Of a stretch of 64,000 nucleotides of DNA, positions 63,212-64,000 are shown one piece after another. The notes beneath the pieces are model-generated. The model was not told the DNA's origin. It searched no databases and worked only from the letters and a program-made list of their open reading frames with translations. Origin of the DNA: Tilletiaria anomala UBC 951 (Eukaryota); assembly GCF_000711695.1 (NCBI RefSeq), contig NW_013547020.1:124001-188000 (forward strand), given 5' to 3'. The translations under genes were made by a program, and so were the position numbers. Numbering within the stretch: position 1 is the first letter of the stretch; each line of letters starts with the position of its first letter.

Positions 63212-64000
63212 ATGCGGAGCAAGCTATCTGGCTTGCACCGCATGTCATCGACTGTATCCCCCTACTCGAGCCCTGCGTATTCCATCGAGCAGTCACCCAG
63301 CATGTCCAGCCGCGAGGAACCCGAACCTCTCGTCCTGAAGGAGCGCTTGCAGGCGACGTTCGAGCACCAAGTGTACGAGACACCCCCGGAACACCATGTA
63401 ACTGTGGCTACCCCCGAGTCTTCGTGGGTGCCGTCGATGCCGCACTGGGCACCAACGCCGGAGCACGGGAACCCTGCGCTGATCCGGACAGGCTTTCGAA
63501 ACCCTTGGGCGAGCGCGGTCAAGCCGAATGTCTGGCAGATTTGGGGTGGTCTGCAATGGGCTGATACGGTGGAAAATGAGCCTGTTAACGACCGTGACAA
63601 CACAAGACAGACAGAGGGTGCCGGCTTCCCTGATCCTGACTTGGAGATAGACGTACAGATCATCGAAGAGATCCAGTCCAGCCATGACAATTCTGCGGTA
63701 CGGGCCACCTGGCTAGGACATGCAGGCACGCTGCTCGAATTGCCAACCCCTGATGGCGACCCGGTCCGTGTGCTATTCGATCCCATCTTTTCTTCGAGGT
63801 TAGCGCGCACTCCATTGCATAAGCGAGACCTGCTCTTACATTCCTGGAACGTACAGATGCTCGCCGACGCAGTACTTTGGGCCGATGCGCATGTTTCCAT
63901 CACCAGTCACCGCTGCCGCTCTGCCGCCAATCGACTTTGTCTTAATCTCACATTCTCATTATGACCACTTAGACCTCACGACACTCGCACATATCTGGGA
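63212..64000 (+). CDS. NAPE-specific phospholipase D-like metallo-beta-lactamase (Fmp30-like), running off the window end. Exons ~63212-63798 and 63857->64000
   Basis: [33 protein letters not shown] and [15 protein letters not shown] (HxHxDH). Start codon uncertain (63212 or 63242). Confidence 0.85.

Noticed and set aside
1..64000. Transposons, CRISPR arrays, tRNA/rRNA and secondary-metabolite backbone genes
   Set aside because: By eye I found no transposase/RT/integrase motifs, long terminal repeats, repeat-spacer arrays, cloverleafs, rRNA or PKS/NRPS domains.

Overview
Eukaryotic (fungal) genomic DNA. It is gene-dense, with short GT-AG introns carrying CTRAY-type branch points. Sequence style and protein content suggest a basidiomycete, probably an intron-rich smut-lineage fungus (Ustilaginomycotina); this is inference. 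I reconstructed 21 protein-coding genes, with exon boundaries read by eye and checked for reading frame: SPC34-like DASH subunit, AMP deaminase, MOT1, COX24/mS38, LAMMER kinase, RFC small subunit, mitochondrial bL27, ABZ2-like PLP fold-IV enzyme, NiCoT nickel permease, DOA10, LSO2/CCDC124, DUF202 protein, eIF2B-epsilon, chitin deacetylase, F-box protein, V-ATPase G, symplekin/PTA1, Zn2Cys6 transcription factor, class I aminotransferase, pyridoxal kinase and a truncated NAPE-PLD-like gene. I saw no tRNA, rRNA, transposon or CRISPR array. Most of the window is housekeeping. The best leads, all unconfirmed, are: an unexplained multi-hairpin segment of about 290 nt at 61083-61373; a co-oriented TF / PLP-aminotransferase / pyridoxal kinase trio, with a GAG 3' splice site in the kinase; an Spc34 with a large C-terminal extension; telomere-type CTAACCCTAA boxes in promoters; and a long, hairpin-containing first intron in MOT1.
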